The notes under the pieces are model-generated. The model made no database searches and was not told the DNA's origin. It saw nothing but the letters and a program-made list of their open reading frames with translations. This document shows positions 1 to 10,768 of a stretch of 32,000 nt of DNA, in pieces. The DNA is taken from contig NZ_AP012549.1 in assembly GCF_000829235.1 (NCBI RefSeq), forward strand, positions 1,470,001 through 1,502,000. Direction: 5' to 3'. The DNA comes from a cyanobacterium endosymbiont of Epithemia turgida isolate EtSB Lake Yunoko. Lineage in GTDB: Bacteria; Cyanobacteriota; Cyanobacteriia; Cyanobacteriales; Microcystaceae. The translations under genes were made by a program, and so were the position numbers. Every line of letters begins with the position of its first letter. Position 1 is the stretch's first letter.

Positions 1-138
1 GGTAAAATTACAGATGACATTTGGCTTCGAGTTCTTCAGAAAGTGTTGAATTGTGAAAACTGTTAGGATTGAAAATATAGCTCCCCCTAGAATGGGAACT
101 AAGCAAATAAATTGTAAAATTTGAGCTAAACTAAACAC
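1..138 (-). CDS. possible 5' end of a membrane-protein gene running off the left edge (partial)
   Basis: The reverse strand is open from a GTG at 138 to the window edge (VFSLAQILQFICLVPILGGAIFSILTVFTIQHFLKNSKPNVICNFT). It has a hydrophobic N-terminal helix, a GAGGAAAG SD-like run about 10 nt upstream and an in-frame TGA just before it. Composition is coding-like compared with the 140-590 spacer. No family recognised. Confidence 0.3.
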   Translation of the reverse strand, partial: MFSLAQILQFICLVPILGGAIFSILTVFTIQHFLKNSKPNVICNFT

Positions 139-592
139 TTGTTTGTTCTTTCCTCACACGGTATGTATAAATAATATTAAGTTGTCCTAAATTAAGAAGA
201 TCATAACTAAAAGTTGAATAACTGTAAACTTCATCTAGGTTCTTATCTAGCGATGCCTAACCTAGTATTCAATGACTGACTAGGAAAACAATATAAATAA
301 GCCTATAGGTTCTTTAGTTTAATAAAAATAAACTAAACTTTTTGCCTTAATTCTATACGATGATAAGGTAGTTCATGTTAATATGAGTCGTTGTTATAGA
401 AAGTTTCTACAGTGGTCTTAACAGGACTTCTCATTAGACATAGTTTTTTCCTTTAACGTCCTTGTATGATTGGGATAAGAATCTTCTCTAAATCAGCGTT
501 TGTGAACTGAGTTTTTGTTATCCCTATTTCTAAGAGGGATTTAAATATCAAAGAAATTTTCTAACATAAAAGGTAGACTAAGGACTACTATA

Positions 593-1681
593 TTGAAAGT
601 GAGCGCATCCTATCCTTTGCAATCTCTCAAAGCAGGAAACTGGTTTAAGCTAATTTGTGGGGCGAGTTTCCAAGACCTGCCAGCTATTCGTACTCTTGTT
701 TTAGCTTATGCCTTGGCCGGGGCTGACTGTGTTGACGTGGCTGCTGATCCTGCTGTAGTCACCGCTGCTAAGGAAGCGTTAAATATAGCTAAAAAATTAG
801 TAAATAATCAAAAATATCCGATATTTTCCCAAAAAAGAACACTTTGGTTGATGGTAAGTTTAAATGATGGAGAAGATCCTCACTTTCGAAAAGCTTACTT
901 TGATGCTCAACATTGTCCTTCAGATTGTTTCCATCCGTGTGAGACAATTTGTCCTCCTAGAGCTATTATCGAAATTAAACGAGGGAGTTTTGGGGTTCTA
1001 GAAAGCCGTTGTTATGGGTGTGGTCGTTGTATCTCTATCTGTCCTTATCAATTGGTTAAAACCCGTTCCTATTTAGTCTCTCCAAAAGAAATGATTCCCC
1101 TTATTCAAAGAATGGGTATTGATGCCATAGAAATTCATACTCAAGTGGGACGAGAAACCCAATTTAAACAATTATGGCAGGCTATAGCTCCTTGGATTAG
1201 TCATCTTAAATTGCTCTCTATTAGCTGTCCCGATGGATGCGGGTTAATTGAATATCTTCATTATCTCTACGATATAATTTCCCCCTTGCCCATCCCCTTG
1301 ATTTGGCAAATGGATGGTCGTCCCATGAGTGGGGATATTGGGAAAGGAAGTACCCACGCAACGATTAAGTTAGCTCAAAAAGTTCTCAATGCTCAAATAC
1401 CTGGATTTGTTCAACTCGCAGGAGGAACTAATAATCACACTGTTTCTAAATTAAGAGAGATAGGACTTTTAACCCCTTCAATTTCTTCTACTTTGGTTGT
1501 GTCTGGCATTGCTTATGGTAGTTATGCTCGCTCAGTACTATCCCCTATAGTAAGACAGTTGGAAACCCAATCAATAAACTTAAACCTCCAATCCGTTTTA
1601 GAAGACCAACCTGATTTACTTTTAAAAGCTTTTAAAATTGCAAAATTTATAGTTTTATCCCTAAAGTCATCTAAATTTTAA
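593..1681 (+). CDS. ldpA: LdpA-like iron-sulfur protein (circadian light-input protein family)
   Basis: 362-aa ORF with a TTG start. The N-terminal WFKLICGASFQDLPAIRTLVLAYALAGADCVDVAADPAVV block and the ferredoxin-type cluster motifs (CPSDCFHPCETICP, CYGCGRCISICP) match my memory of cyanobacterial LdpA. Confidence 0.7.
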   Translation: MKVSASYPLQSLKAGNWFKLICGASFQDLPAIRTLVLAYALAGADCVDVAADPAVVTAAKEALNIAKKLVNNQKYPIFSQKRTLWLMVSLNDGEDPHFRKAYFDAQHCPSDCFHPCETICPPRAIIEIKRGSFGVLESRCYGCGRCISICPYQLVKTRSYLVSPKEMIPLIQRMGIDAIEIHTQVGRETQFKQLWQAIAPWISHLKLLSISCPDGCGLIEYLHYLYDIISPLPIPLIWQMDGRPMSGDIGKGSTHATIKLAQKVLNAQIPGFVQLAGGTNNHTVSKLREIGLLTPSISSTLVVSGIAYGSYARSVLSPIVRQLETQSINLNLQSVLEDQPDLLLKAFKIAKFIVLSLKSSKF

Positions 1682-1723
1682 AATATGTTTGGTTTTTGAC
1701 TTATTGACGACGTTCTCTAAATT

Positions 1724-3499
1724 ATGTTAGACCCCACAATAGATACTTTTTTAAATCCTTCTAAACGAATGCAAATTATTGATGATCTCAATAAGCTTCT
1801 AGAAATTCTACCTTCCACTATTCGATCTAAAATTGAGCAATATTCTCAGCACGAAAACTTAATTGAAGTAGTAATGGATTTAGGAAGATTGCCTGAAGCA
1901 CGTTTTCCCGATAGAGCATTGTATCTAGGAGATATTCCCGTTTCTGCTAAAGATTTGAATTATAGTATTGAGCGCGTTGGGCATTTTAGTGGCGATAACC
2001 GGGCTGGAATTGAGGGCACTCTACACCGTATTAGTGCTATTCGCAATCGCAGTGGAGAGATTATCGGTTTAACCTGTCGTATGGGAAGGGCTGTTTTCGG
2101 AACCATCACCTTAATTCAGGATTTAGTAGAAACAGGAAAATCTCTACTGATGTTAGGTCGTCCTGGGGTAGGGAAAACTACCGCTTTACGGGAAATTGCA
2201 CGGGTATTAGCCGATGATTTACATAAAAGAGTCGTGATTATTGATACTTCTAACGAAATTGCCGGAGATGGAGATATTCCCCATCCTGCTATTGGTTGTG
2301 CCCGACGGATGCAAGTAGCTAGTCCTGAATTACAGCACAGAGTGATGATTGAGGCAGTGGAAAACCATATGCCAGAAGTTATTGTTATTGATGAAATTGG
2401 AACTGAACTTGAAGCATTAGCCGCCCGTACTATTGCTGAAAGGGGAGTTCAGTTAGTGGGAACTGCCCACGGTAACCGTATTGACAATTTGATTAAAAAT
2501 CCGACTCTTTCTGATTTAGTTGGAGGTATTCAGGCGGTAATACTGGGAGATGAGGAGGCCAGACGACGTGGTTCGCAAAAAACTATATTGGAGAGAAAAG
2601 CTCCTCCCACCTTTGAAATCGCTATTGAAATGTTAGAACGTCAGCGTTGGGTGATTCATGAAGACGTCTCTCAAACTGTTGATCTTCTCCTGCGTGGTGG
2701 TAAACCTACCCTCCAAATCAGAACGGTTGACAACTGCGGACAGCTCCAAATTACCCAGGAAACCCCGGAGAAATCTTCTAATAATGTTTTGGAAGGACAT
2801 TCTTTTCTAGAGGCATCAAAATATCCGACAAGATGGCGTACATCAGGGAAAATGAGTCCGATAGCCCCTTTTCTCAGCCAACAAAAGAAAGAACTATCTT
2901 CAGAATTTGATCGTCTGTTAGATGCTTCCTGGCATCAACTAGAGCCAACTAACCACAAGGTACGTACTCCAGGTCCGAATGGAGAAGATTGGCCCGTATA
3001 CATTTACCCTTACGGTATTGGACGATCACAGATTGAACAAGTAATCGACATTCTCAATCTTCCGATTGTGTTAACTAAGGATTTACGTGGTGCTGATGTG
3101 GTGGTAGCCTTAAGATCACAGGTGAGAAACCAATCTAAGCTACGTCAAATTGTTAAGGTTCGTCAAATTCCCATTTATGGGATTAAATCTAATACCATTC
3201 CTCACATTACCCGAACTTTACAGCGAATTTTAGGTATAGATGAACTAAAAATTTCTGAAACAGCCGATTTACGCTTGTTTACCCGTTGGGGTAATGATGA
3301 TGAGTTAGAGGCTTTAGAAGAAGCTAGGTTAGCTGTAGAAAGAATTGTGCTGCCCCAAAAACAACCTGTAGAATTATTACCACGATCGCCTAAAGTAAGA
3401 AAAATGCAACATGAATTAGTAGAACATTACCGTTTACAATCTGATAGTCTTGGAGAAGAACCTAACCGTAGACTACGAATCTATCCCGCTTCAGTCTAA
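1724..3499 (+). CDS. AAA/P-loop ATPase with C-terminal R3H domain (Ycf45 / SpoIIIAA-like family)
   Basis: 591-aa ORF starting 42 nt after ldpA. It has Walker A GRPGVGKTT, Walker B VIVIDEIG, and a C-terminal R3H signature (VRKMQHELVEHYRLQSDSLGEEPNRRLRIYP). Confidence 0.75.
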   Translation: MLDPTIDTFLNPSKRMQIIDDLNKLLEILPSTIRSKIEQYSQHENLIEVVMDLGRLPEARFPDRALYLGDIPVSAKDLNYSIERVGHFSGDNRAGIEGTLHRISAIRNRSGEIIGLTCRMGRAVFGTITLIQDLVETGKSLLMLGRPGVGKTTALREIARVLADDLHKRVVIIDTSNEIAGDGDIPHPAIGCARRMQVASPELQHRVMIEAVENHMPEVIVIDEIGTELEALAARTIAERGVQLVGTAHGNRIDNLIKNPTLSDLVGGIQAVILGDEEARRRGSQKTILERKAPPTFEIAIEMLERQRWVIHEDVSQTVDLLLRGGKPTLQIRTVDNCGQLQITQETPEKSSNNVLEGHSFLEASKYPTRWRTSGKMSPIAPFLSQQKKELSSEFDRLLDASWHQLEPTNHKVRTPGPNGEDWPVYIYPYGIGRSQIEQVIDILNLPIVLTKDLRGADVVVALRSQVRNQSKLRQIVKVRQIPIYGIKSNTIPHITRTLQRILGIDELKISETADLRLFTRWGNDDELEALEEARLAVERIVLPQKQPVELLPRSPKVRKMQHELVEHYRLQSDSLGEEPNRRLRIYPASV

Positions 3500-3622
3500 C
3501 TAAAATACTCAGTAAAGTAGACATAGTTGATCCTAGCGAAATTTTAATAAAAATAGTTTGATTTAGTTATTCATTATGATTTATAATGTTTTTTACTTTA
3601 GGCGCTAAGTAACTTATCTCGT

Positions 3623-3642
3623 ATTACAACTATAGTTGTAAT
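3623..3642. repeat. perfect 20-bp palindrome ATTACAACTATAGTTGTAAT
   Basis: Read directly. It equals its own reverse complement and lies about 125 nt downstream of the R3H-ATPase stop. Confidence 0.9.
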
Positions 3643-3661
3643 AGTTATTGAGTCTATTTAT

Positions 3662-4038
3662 CAAAGAATTAATCTTCAAGATATTGCAGCAGCGATGAGA
3701 TCGACAAACGGCAATCATATTTACTAATAAACTAATTTTTTTTAACCTTATGTAAGCGAAATAAACTTTTAGAATGTTATTTTAAAAATTAGTATCATGT
3801 GTTATTTATGGTTTTTATTCATTAATAATAGTATCGTTACAGAGAATAAGTGAACCGTTGAATTTCTTTGACATCTTGGAGGTGATGGTATTCTTTTGGC
3901 TAATAAAAGAGGGGCTATTCCTCATCGCTTATCGGAAGTAACCAGAAAATTAGTTTTGGCGTAGAATGTTATTAAATCCCCTGTTGGATCAAGTAGAACA
4001 GCTGTTTTAATTGTGCACTTAACAATGGCTTTAGTTTA
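3662..4038 (+). pseudogene. possible SpoU/TrmH-family RNA 2'-O-methyltransferase relic
   Basis: Three blocks in one frame appear in the order and rough spacing of the three SpoU motifs. QRINLQDIAAAMRSTNG resembles NLGAIxRSAxAFG, GILLANKRGAI resembles LVLGNEGxGI, and SPVGSSRTAVLIV resembles G-x-SLNVSVAAxI. They are interrupted by stops and an A/T-only stretch. This is a resemblance by eye only. Confidence 0.3.
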
Positions 4039-4394
4039 ACGAATATTTTTAGGTAAAATTATAGTACGGTTCGGAAAAGTAAGTGAGGAATTTGTTCAGT
4101 TTTTTATGATGTTAATTTTAGGCTCTTTTGTATATGATTAATTCTAAGTTCTCTATAAAAATTTAGCCGATATAAAGTTAGGATTCAGACTGAGTATTAA
4201 GCTCATGTAATTTTTGACCGATTAAACAATAAGAAATACTTAAAAAGTTTCTCCTGTTCAAGAGGGGCATAAAAACTATTTACACTGCCTAACACCAATA
4301 CTAAATTGTTTCTAGAAGACTTATTATATTGTAGTTAATCCTTGATAAATATTGAAATTTTAAAAATATTCTGTAACCCATGGTTTAATGTGCT

Positions 4395-4418
4395 TTCTAA
4401 TTCTAATTCTAATTCTAA
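4395..4418. repeat. (TTCTAA)x4 microsatellite
   Basis: Four exact tandem hexamers. They produce the LELELE run in the spurious ORF 4335..4568. Confidence 0.9.
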
Positions 4419-4986
4419 TCTTATTCTTAGTGAAGTCTTTAGTATTTTACTTTTGATTAACGTATTACTAATTAAACTAATTTGAGTTGAATCAAGCTCT
4501 AATAATTCTCTTACATTAATTGCGATGTTATTTGGCAATTTTAAAAATAAGTAACGGTGGAAGACCAAGCAATATCCTCAATATTATAATTAGCGTTATA
4601 AAAAACTACAGGATATAAAAAATACTTTGAAAACAAAATTATACCTTCTCTACATGACTTTAAGCATGATTGACTTATTGTCAGTGCTAAATGTAATAAT
4701 AATCACATTAATTCTTGAGTAAAAATTTTTCTATAATTGTTTGGTTATGGGGTTTTCATCTAATGTTGACTAATGTTTAACCCGCCGTATCTTTTTGAGT
4801 TGCAAGAGGTTAGGCTTTTAAAACCTTAACTTAATCTATTACAGCAACTATTATAATCTATGTTAATTAACACACGATATTTACTGAATTTTTTTAGTAT
4901 TTATTGATTATAAGCGCTATTTCAAGAAAGTGTTTACTAAAGTAAAGTAAACCTCAAAGGATAAGACTTTAAATATAGTTTTTAGG

Positions 4987-5013
4987 TAACCAATGACTAG
5001 AAATCACTGGTTA
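4987..5013 (-). terminator. putative petL terminator hairpin
   Basis: On the minus strand, UAACCAGUGA-uuucuag-UCAUUGGUUA forms a 10-bp stem with one G-U pair, starting 11 nt after the petL stop. The U-tract is weak. Confidence 0.35.
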
Positions 5014-5023
5014 CTAATTATCC

Positions 5024-5125
5024 TTAGATAATTTTGGCAACCCGTAGACTAAAATACAATCCCAAGGCGATAAATGTGAATACAATGAGGTATCCTACAA
5101 AAGCAACGAGAGCAAAAGTAGACAT
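5024..5125 (-). CDS. petL: cytochrome b6f complex subunit PetL (33 aa; absent from the ORF track)
   Basis: Minus-strand ATG at 5125 to TAA at 5024-5026 encodes MSTFALVAFVGYLIVFTFIALGLYFSLRVAKII. It is a single TM helix, and its length and C-terminal LR-x-AKI(L/I) motif match cyanobacterial PetL as I remember it (for example ...GLLFGLRSAKIL). An AGGAA lies about 10 nt upstream of the ATG. Confidence 0.8.
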   Translation of the reverse strand: MSTFALVAFVGYLIVFTFIALGLYFSLRVAKII

Positions 5126-5180
5126 TTTTGACAATTCCTGATGATAATGATCATTGAGTTATTGTACTCGAGAATGCTCC

Positions 5181-5399
5181 TCAATAGATACCCTTATTTG
5201 ATGGGGATATTTTTTTCAAAATAGTTTTCTGATCTGAACTAATACCTTTTAATTTTGGGATAGCAAAATTAACGCCTTGTAAAGCATCTCCTTGAAAATT
5301 AACTATATCTAATTTTGGTTCTTCTAAATCTCAGTCACTAAGAATAGTATTTATTAAATTAGCTTCTAGAAAATATAAATGAGATTATGAGTCAAGGTA
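5181..5399 (-). pseudogene. pentapeptide-repeat protein relic
   Basis: One minus-strand frame reads YLDS*SHLYFLEANLINTILSD*DLEEPKLDIVNFQGDALQGVNFAIPKLKGISSDQKTILKKISPSNKGIY*. L or F recurs at the central position of successive pentapeptides for about 10 repeats. There are two internal stops and no start codon. Confidence 0.5.
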
Positions 5400-6023
5400 A
5401 ACTACCAGAATTTCTATATGTAAATTTAAAATTTATACTAAATAAATTATTTTTTATAAATTCTATGTCTAATAATTATTAATCACAATTAATTTATAGT
5501 TTTTTATTTGAATAAAATACCTTTTTTTGAAAAAAAGTCATAAAAAATACTAGGATCAGAAAATTAATCTATATGTAAAAGTAAAGATTTTTAAATATAA
5601 AATAAAAAGTTAATTATCTAATAAAGAGTATTTTAGCTAAATAATTAGCGCCTTAGTAAGGCATTTAAATTCAACTCAGTACTAAAATTTTTATTTTTTT
5701 TAAAAATACTAAATAATCTTTATGTAAAAGATAGTTATAAAAAATTGATATAAAATTTTTATAAAAAAATATCGATAACTAGGTTTTAAAAAAAAATAAT
5801 TAAAATACCCTTTAAGTATATCAAGCAAGGCAATATAAACAACTTCATTTGTATTATCTAATCTGAATAGATTGACAGCGAATATCACTATTTTAGTTAT
5901 TATTTATTTTTATATTTTATTGATTAACAGTTAGAATCTTTTATTGTTGATGTATTCCAGCTTATGATATTATCGTCTACAATTAATAATTATCGATAAT
6001 TACTGACAAGGACAAGTTGATTC

Positions 6024-7115
6024 GTGATATCTTCAATTCTTGAAGTTAAACTACCACATGCCTCATATCAAGTTGTGATCGGCTCAAACATTCTCAGTAA
6101 ATTAGGGAGTTATCTTGAACGCCTCGATCTGGGTCAAAAAATTCTTTTAATTTCTAATCCAGAAATTTTTGACTATTATGGGGATATATTAGTCGAATCT
6201 CTCACAAAATCGGGGTTTGAAGTGTTTAAACATTTGATTCCTTCTGGAGAGCCCTATAAAACTCTAGATATGATTGCCCGAGTTTATGATACTGCCCTAA
6301 AAAATCGTTTCGAACGGTCATCAACCATGGTAGCCCTAGGAGGGGGAGTTATTGGTGATATGACAGGTTTTGCAGCAGCTACATGGCTTAGAGGCATCAA
6401 CTTTGTTCAGGTTCCCACGTCCCTTTTGGGAATGGTAGATGCTTCTATTGGGGGCAAGACAGGGGTTAATCATCCTCAAGGAAAAAACCTGATTGGGGCA
6501 TTTTATCAACCTCGTTTAGTGTTTATTGATACCTTTTTATTAAAAACTTTACCCGTGAGAGAATTCCGCGCAGGAATGGCGGAAGTGATTAAATATGGAA
6601 TTATTTGGGACCAAGACTTATTTAGCCAATTAGAAGAAGCCACAGTCCTTGATAATTTAGATAGTTTAAGTCAGGAATTATTACAGACTATTCTAACCCG
6701 ATCTTGTCAAGCAAAGATAAATGTGGTAAGTAAAGACGAAAAAGAAGCAGAGTTACGGGCTATTTTAAATTACGGTCATACTATTGGTCATGCGATAGAA
6801 AGTTTGACTGGGTATGGAATAATCAATCATGGAGAAGCAGTAGGAATGGGAATGGTAGCGGCAGGCAAAATTGCTGTTAAGTTACGATTATGGACTGAGC
6901 AAGAAGCTGGACGGCAAGATAATTTAATTGCAAAAGTAAAATTACCAACTGCTTTTCCTGAAATGTTAAAAATTGATGAAGTTATTAATGTTTTACGGAC
7001 TGATAAGAAAGTTAAAGCTAGTAAAGTTCGTTTTATTCTTCCGACAGAAATTGGGAAAGTTATTATTAGTGATAACGTTTCATCTGAAGTTATCAGAGAA
7101 TGTTTATTTTTCTAG
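6024..7115 (+). CDS. aroB: 3-dehydroquinate synthase
   Basis: 363-aa ORF with a GTG start. It carries AroB signatures [45 protein letters not shown] and [11 protein letters not shown]. Confidence 0.9.
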   Translation: MISSILEVKLPHASYQVVIGSNILSKLGSYLERLDLGQKILLISNPEIFDYYGDILVESLTKSGFEVFKHLIPSGEPYKTLDMIARVYDTALKNRFERSSTMVALGGGVIGDMTGFAAATWLRGINFVQVPTSLLGMVDASIGGKTGVNHPQGKNLIGAFYQPRLVFIDTFLLKTLPVREFRAGMAEVIKYGIIWDQDLFSQLEEATVLDNLDSLSQELLQTILTRSCQAKINVVSKDEKEAELRAILNYGHTIGHAIESLTGYGIINHGEAVGMGMVAAGKIAVKLRLWTEQEAGRQDNLIAKVKLPTAFPEMLKIDEVINVLRTDKKVKASKVRFILPTEIGKVIISDNVSSEVIRECLFF

Positions 7116-7885
7116 AGATTGATTTATTATCTACTGCTCTTATACTAAAAAAAACTTGACTATCAAACTAAGTTAGTTAAACAGTTTATTCTAGTAAACT
7201 TTATAAAGTTTTTATTTAATCACCATATAAGATATTGCTTATGTTTATATTATTGATAGTTTGATAACACAATATTTTAGGCATATTTTTATTTTAACCA
7301 ATTTTTAACTATTACTTGGTCTTCTTCGCTATGATTAATATCAGCTTTAGTATTGGATATTATCTTCTATCGTTTCAGTATAACGACGAAATAATTATAC
7401 TGCTTCATTTGGCTCGACAATAAGCAATTCTTCCATCTGCTAATGTTAACCATGTGATCGAACTCATTACCGCTTCGATAAATTTATGATTATGGATTTA
7501 GGTTTTATATCAGTTAAGTAATGATTTAAGGGGATGATAATTCCTGTCATGGTTTTAAGTTTTAAAATATTAGTTTTTTGCATATATTAAGTTTGTTAAT
7601 TAATTTCAGCCAGAACTAAGAGTTTATAGCATAAATTTTTATTATGAATAATATCATATCTTTTAAAATTAGATAATTATTTAAAATACGCATATTTTTA
7701 AAAAAAATTTATGTTTTTTACAATAAACCGGGGTATTTTTCTTATTATACAACGCCAAATAAGGCGATCTATAATTAAGGATAAAATTTTGACTTTGTGT
7801 GCGGTTTACTGACTCAATAAATAGTAATATATAGGAATATTATTAATATTATTTTTTTAAAGGTTTATAAACTACTATTTTAAAT

Positions 7886-7925
7886 AAAAAATAACAGTTT
7901 ATAAATTAATAAACTGTTATTTTTT
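7886..7925. repeat. perfect inverted repeat, 17-bp stem / 6-nt loop (orphan terminator-like)
   Basis: AAAAAATAACAGTTTAT-aaatta-ATAAACTGTTATTTTTT. The arms are exact reverse complements, giving an A-run and a T-run on the two sides. There is no intact gene within about 770 nt. Confidence 0.85.
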
Positions 7926-10724
7926 AGCCTCAGTATGTATTTAGTAATATAACCGGATAAAGACATAAATATCCAGGGTTTATTTGCTTTAAAAGTAATA
8001 TTACTGTATACAAAAAAATCTAAATAAATTAACGCTGTTAACATAATGGCAGAGAAAAGTATTATTTATGATAATCTAAAAAAAAGTAACCTAAAAAATA
8101 TAAAAGATTCGGCAATATAACGGGCAGATAATTAAGGATTTTTTTTTATAAACTTATAACACTGATAAAGAAAATTGTGACTAATCAATGAGACTATATA
8201 GAAGATTTTAAAAAACCACGCAAAAAATTGCTATCTGATGTCAGCCTCAAATTTTCACTTAATAGGGGGACGAATAAAAATGAAGTATGAATGAACATCA
8301 ATGTCACAATACTTCAACAGTAAATTCAAGAAAAGAAGGAGTTATAATCATCACTGAATGTTATCAAATTTTTCCAACATAGTTTAGAACAGTGGCAATC
8401 ACAGCATACACATAACAATTCATGATCTCGGTTTTCGGTGGGCTAAAATTGATAATTCAGATATTTCTATGGAAACGTCAGGATTGAAACAATCTCAAAA
8501 TTAATAAAATTTGTAGACTCCATAAAATCGATCTTAATTTAACAATTGAAAAAACATTTGTTAGTTGTAATAGTCCAATATTTTGCAACCCAAAAGACCA
8601 AAATCATCAAATAGATATAGTTATTGCTACCAAATCACTATAGGCACTATTGAACTATTTTAGTTTGCTTATTTTAACTTAAACTTCAGAACTAGTACTG
8701 CTAAACAGCTTGGTAGATTCAATATTACTTTCTTTACAGAAATATGAACAAAAAAACTCCTAAAATAGATTATTGGTCATAGAACACTTTTCAATATCAA
8801 AATACTTTTCATTCAATTACAGGATGATATAAAAAGTATAGTAAAAGTGTATAAATCTTAAAAAAGATAAACATCTTCCTGTTGTCTGTTGTTTCTTGCT
8901 TTTCCTGAAAAAGTTACCCATAAGTAACTCTCATGATTTTTAATAAATGTTGATTTTAACCATTTGAAAGTCTCCTACTTTCTTGTTCTTGGTAAGATAG
9001 CTTTTAATTATTTTTAAAAGAATAGAAGTTTAACTTGACTTTTCTTTTTTTAAATTATGCGCTGATATTACAAATATGCACAACTATAAAAATAAATAGT
9101 TTCAGAAGACGAGTAGTCGACAATTTATACCATGGAAAACGTACTTTCTTCAGAAGATATGGATAATTTGATCAAAATAATTTATTGTCATATTTTTTTT
9201 TATGCGTTACTAAAAGACTGCAGAACTTTTCTCTAATTTTAACTTTCTAATGAATAGATTACCGTTTAGAGCTTTATTGGTAGATTATTGTTGTACAACA
9301 CCTTGATTTAAAGTTTATAGGAAAATACTTCTTTGTTGAACAGGGTCTTCAATAAATTACTCAATAGTGGCAAGTATATCGAAAACTTCGGTAAAGATAT
9401 CTTCTCTTGTCAACGTCATCGAAAATTAACTTAATAAGCTCAAGAATCATTCCCCTTTAATATTCAATCTTTCCATAATAATAACTATTATGCTAGTATT
9501 TCTTCGGTATTTGCTAACATTATTCGGTTAAGTGAAATTCGTCGCTTTATTCCTAGATAAAAAAATAAAGTTCGGCTTTCCTTTACTGTCCCTAAACATG
9601 GCGTACAATTTACCTGGTTTTAAAGGAAATCTTACCTTCAGGTTGTTTATTAAGAATATTAATATTGCAACTTCTATATCTCGACGTCAATTGATTTGTT
9701 CGAGGATGAATCTCAAGCATAAAAGTTGAACGATAAGAGAAAGTAGTGGATGAGCAGAATGATTAAGTAATATAAGCTTAATTATTCTGTAGATTGGTTA
9801 ATTTTTTTTATTTTTATGTCACGTTAGTTTTATAAATTTTTATAAAAACTACTATAATTTTTTTAGTAGTTTGGTAAACTAAGTTTAGTTTTAAAACTTG
9901 TAAGTATGAACTAAAAAAATTATTCTTCATTAATTAATTCCTCAACTTTTCTAAGTTAGCAGAGAAAAAGTAAACTCGTTGTCTAAATTTATTAGTTTGA
10001 TCTAAGATGTGGTAAGATTACCATCAAAGATAAACTATAAAAGTTTTGCCCTACATTAAACTAAAAATCAAGATAGCTCTTGAATAAAAAAGTTTAATTT
10101 ATAATCTTATCAGCTAGCTGTTAATATATCTTGGCAATCAGTTTATGTATTATCTCGAAACTGTTGCGTCAAGCTACTAAAAAAAAGGGTATTTCTCAAT
10201 TTAAGAAATATAGTCATTATTGTTGAGACTAAACTAACAAACTACAAGTTACCTGATGATAAGAGAACACTGATTTATCATGTGGCAAAACTTAACTTAA
10301 AGATGTTAACACAATGTAAAAATAAAACGATCAAATATACTTTGACGTCAATTTTATCTAAAGGTAGGTAGTTTATATAAACTAATAATTTTGCCAGAAT
10401 TTATTATATTGTTTTTATGACGATTTATCCCAATTTTACTACTCAAAATTTTTAAATTTGTAGCATAAGGGTTCAAAGTTAATTAGTTATCAAAACTTAT
10501 CAATATCTTAACTATAAAACTGTCTTAGACAGAAATTATGATGAATCAATAAATGTTTTAAAAAAAGTCCTAATATTTAGGTAATTATTTTTTCGGTAGT
10601 GTGGAACATTTGTAAAACAATTAAAATATTTTGAAAGAGTCCAATCTCTGAGTTCTTAAAAAGATAAAGACATTGAGAATCCAAGCTGTCCCGTTGAGCA
10701 AAAAATTCATAACAATGATATGGA

Positions 10725-10761
10725 AAGAATCCCCCACTACAATTACAGCTCTTAGTGGGGG
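10725..10761 (-). terminator. intrinsic terminator of the RHH-domain gene
   Basis: On the minus strand, CCCCCACUA-13 nt-UAGUGGGGG (9-bp GC-rich stem) begins 8 nt after the stop and is followed by AUUCUUUCC. Confidence 0.5.
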
Positions 10762-10768
10762 AAGTATG

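Noticed and set aside
4335-4568. 77-aa ORF in the track
   Set aside because: Extremely A/T-rich and low-complexity. The LELELELE run is simply the (TTCTAA)4 microsatellite read on the other strand. No start context and no recognisable family.
8471-8490. GGAAACGTCAGGATTGAAAC, ending in the ATTGAAAC motif common at CRISPR repeat 3' ends
   Set aside because: It is a single occurrence. No second copy or regular spacing appears anywhere in the window, and there are no cas genes. This is not an array.
9080-9460. Minus-strand MTLTREDIFTEVFDILATIE*FIEDPV reminiscent of an acyl-carrier-protein N-terminus
   Set aside because: I could not follow it into a DSL phosphopantetheine-attachment motif in any frame. 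The resemblance is too short to call.
9532-9729. 65-aa ORF in the track
   Set aside because: It has A/T-rich desert composition, no SD and no family resemblance on either strand.
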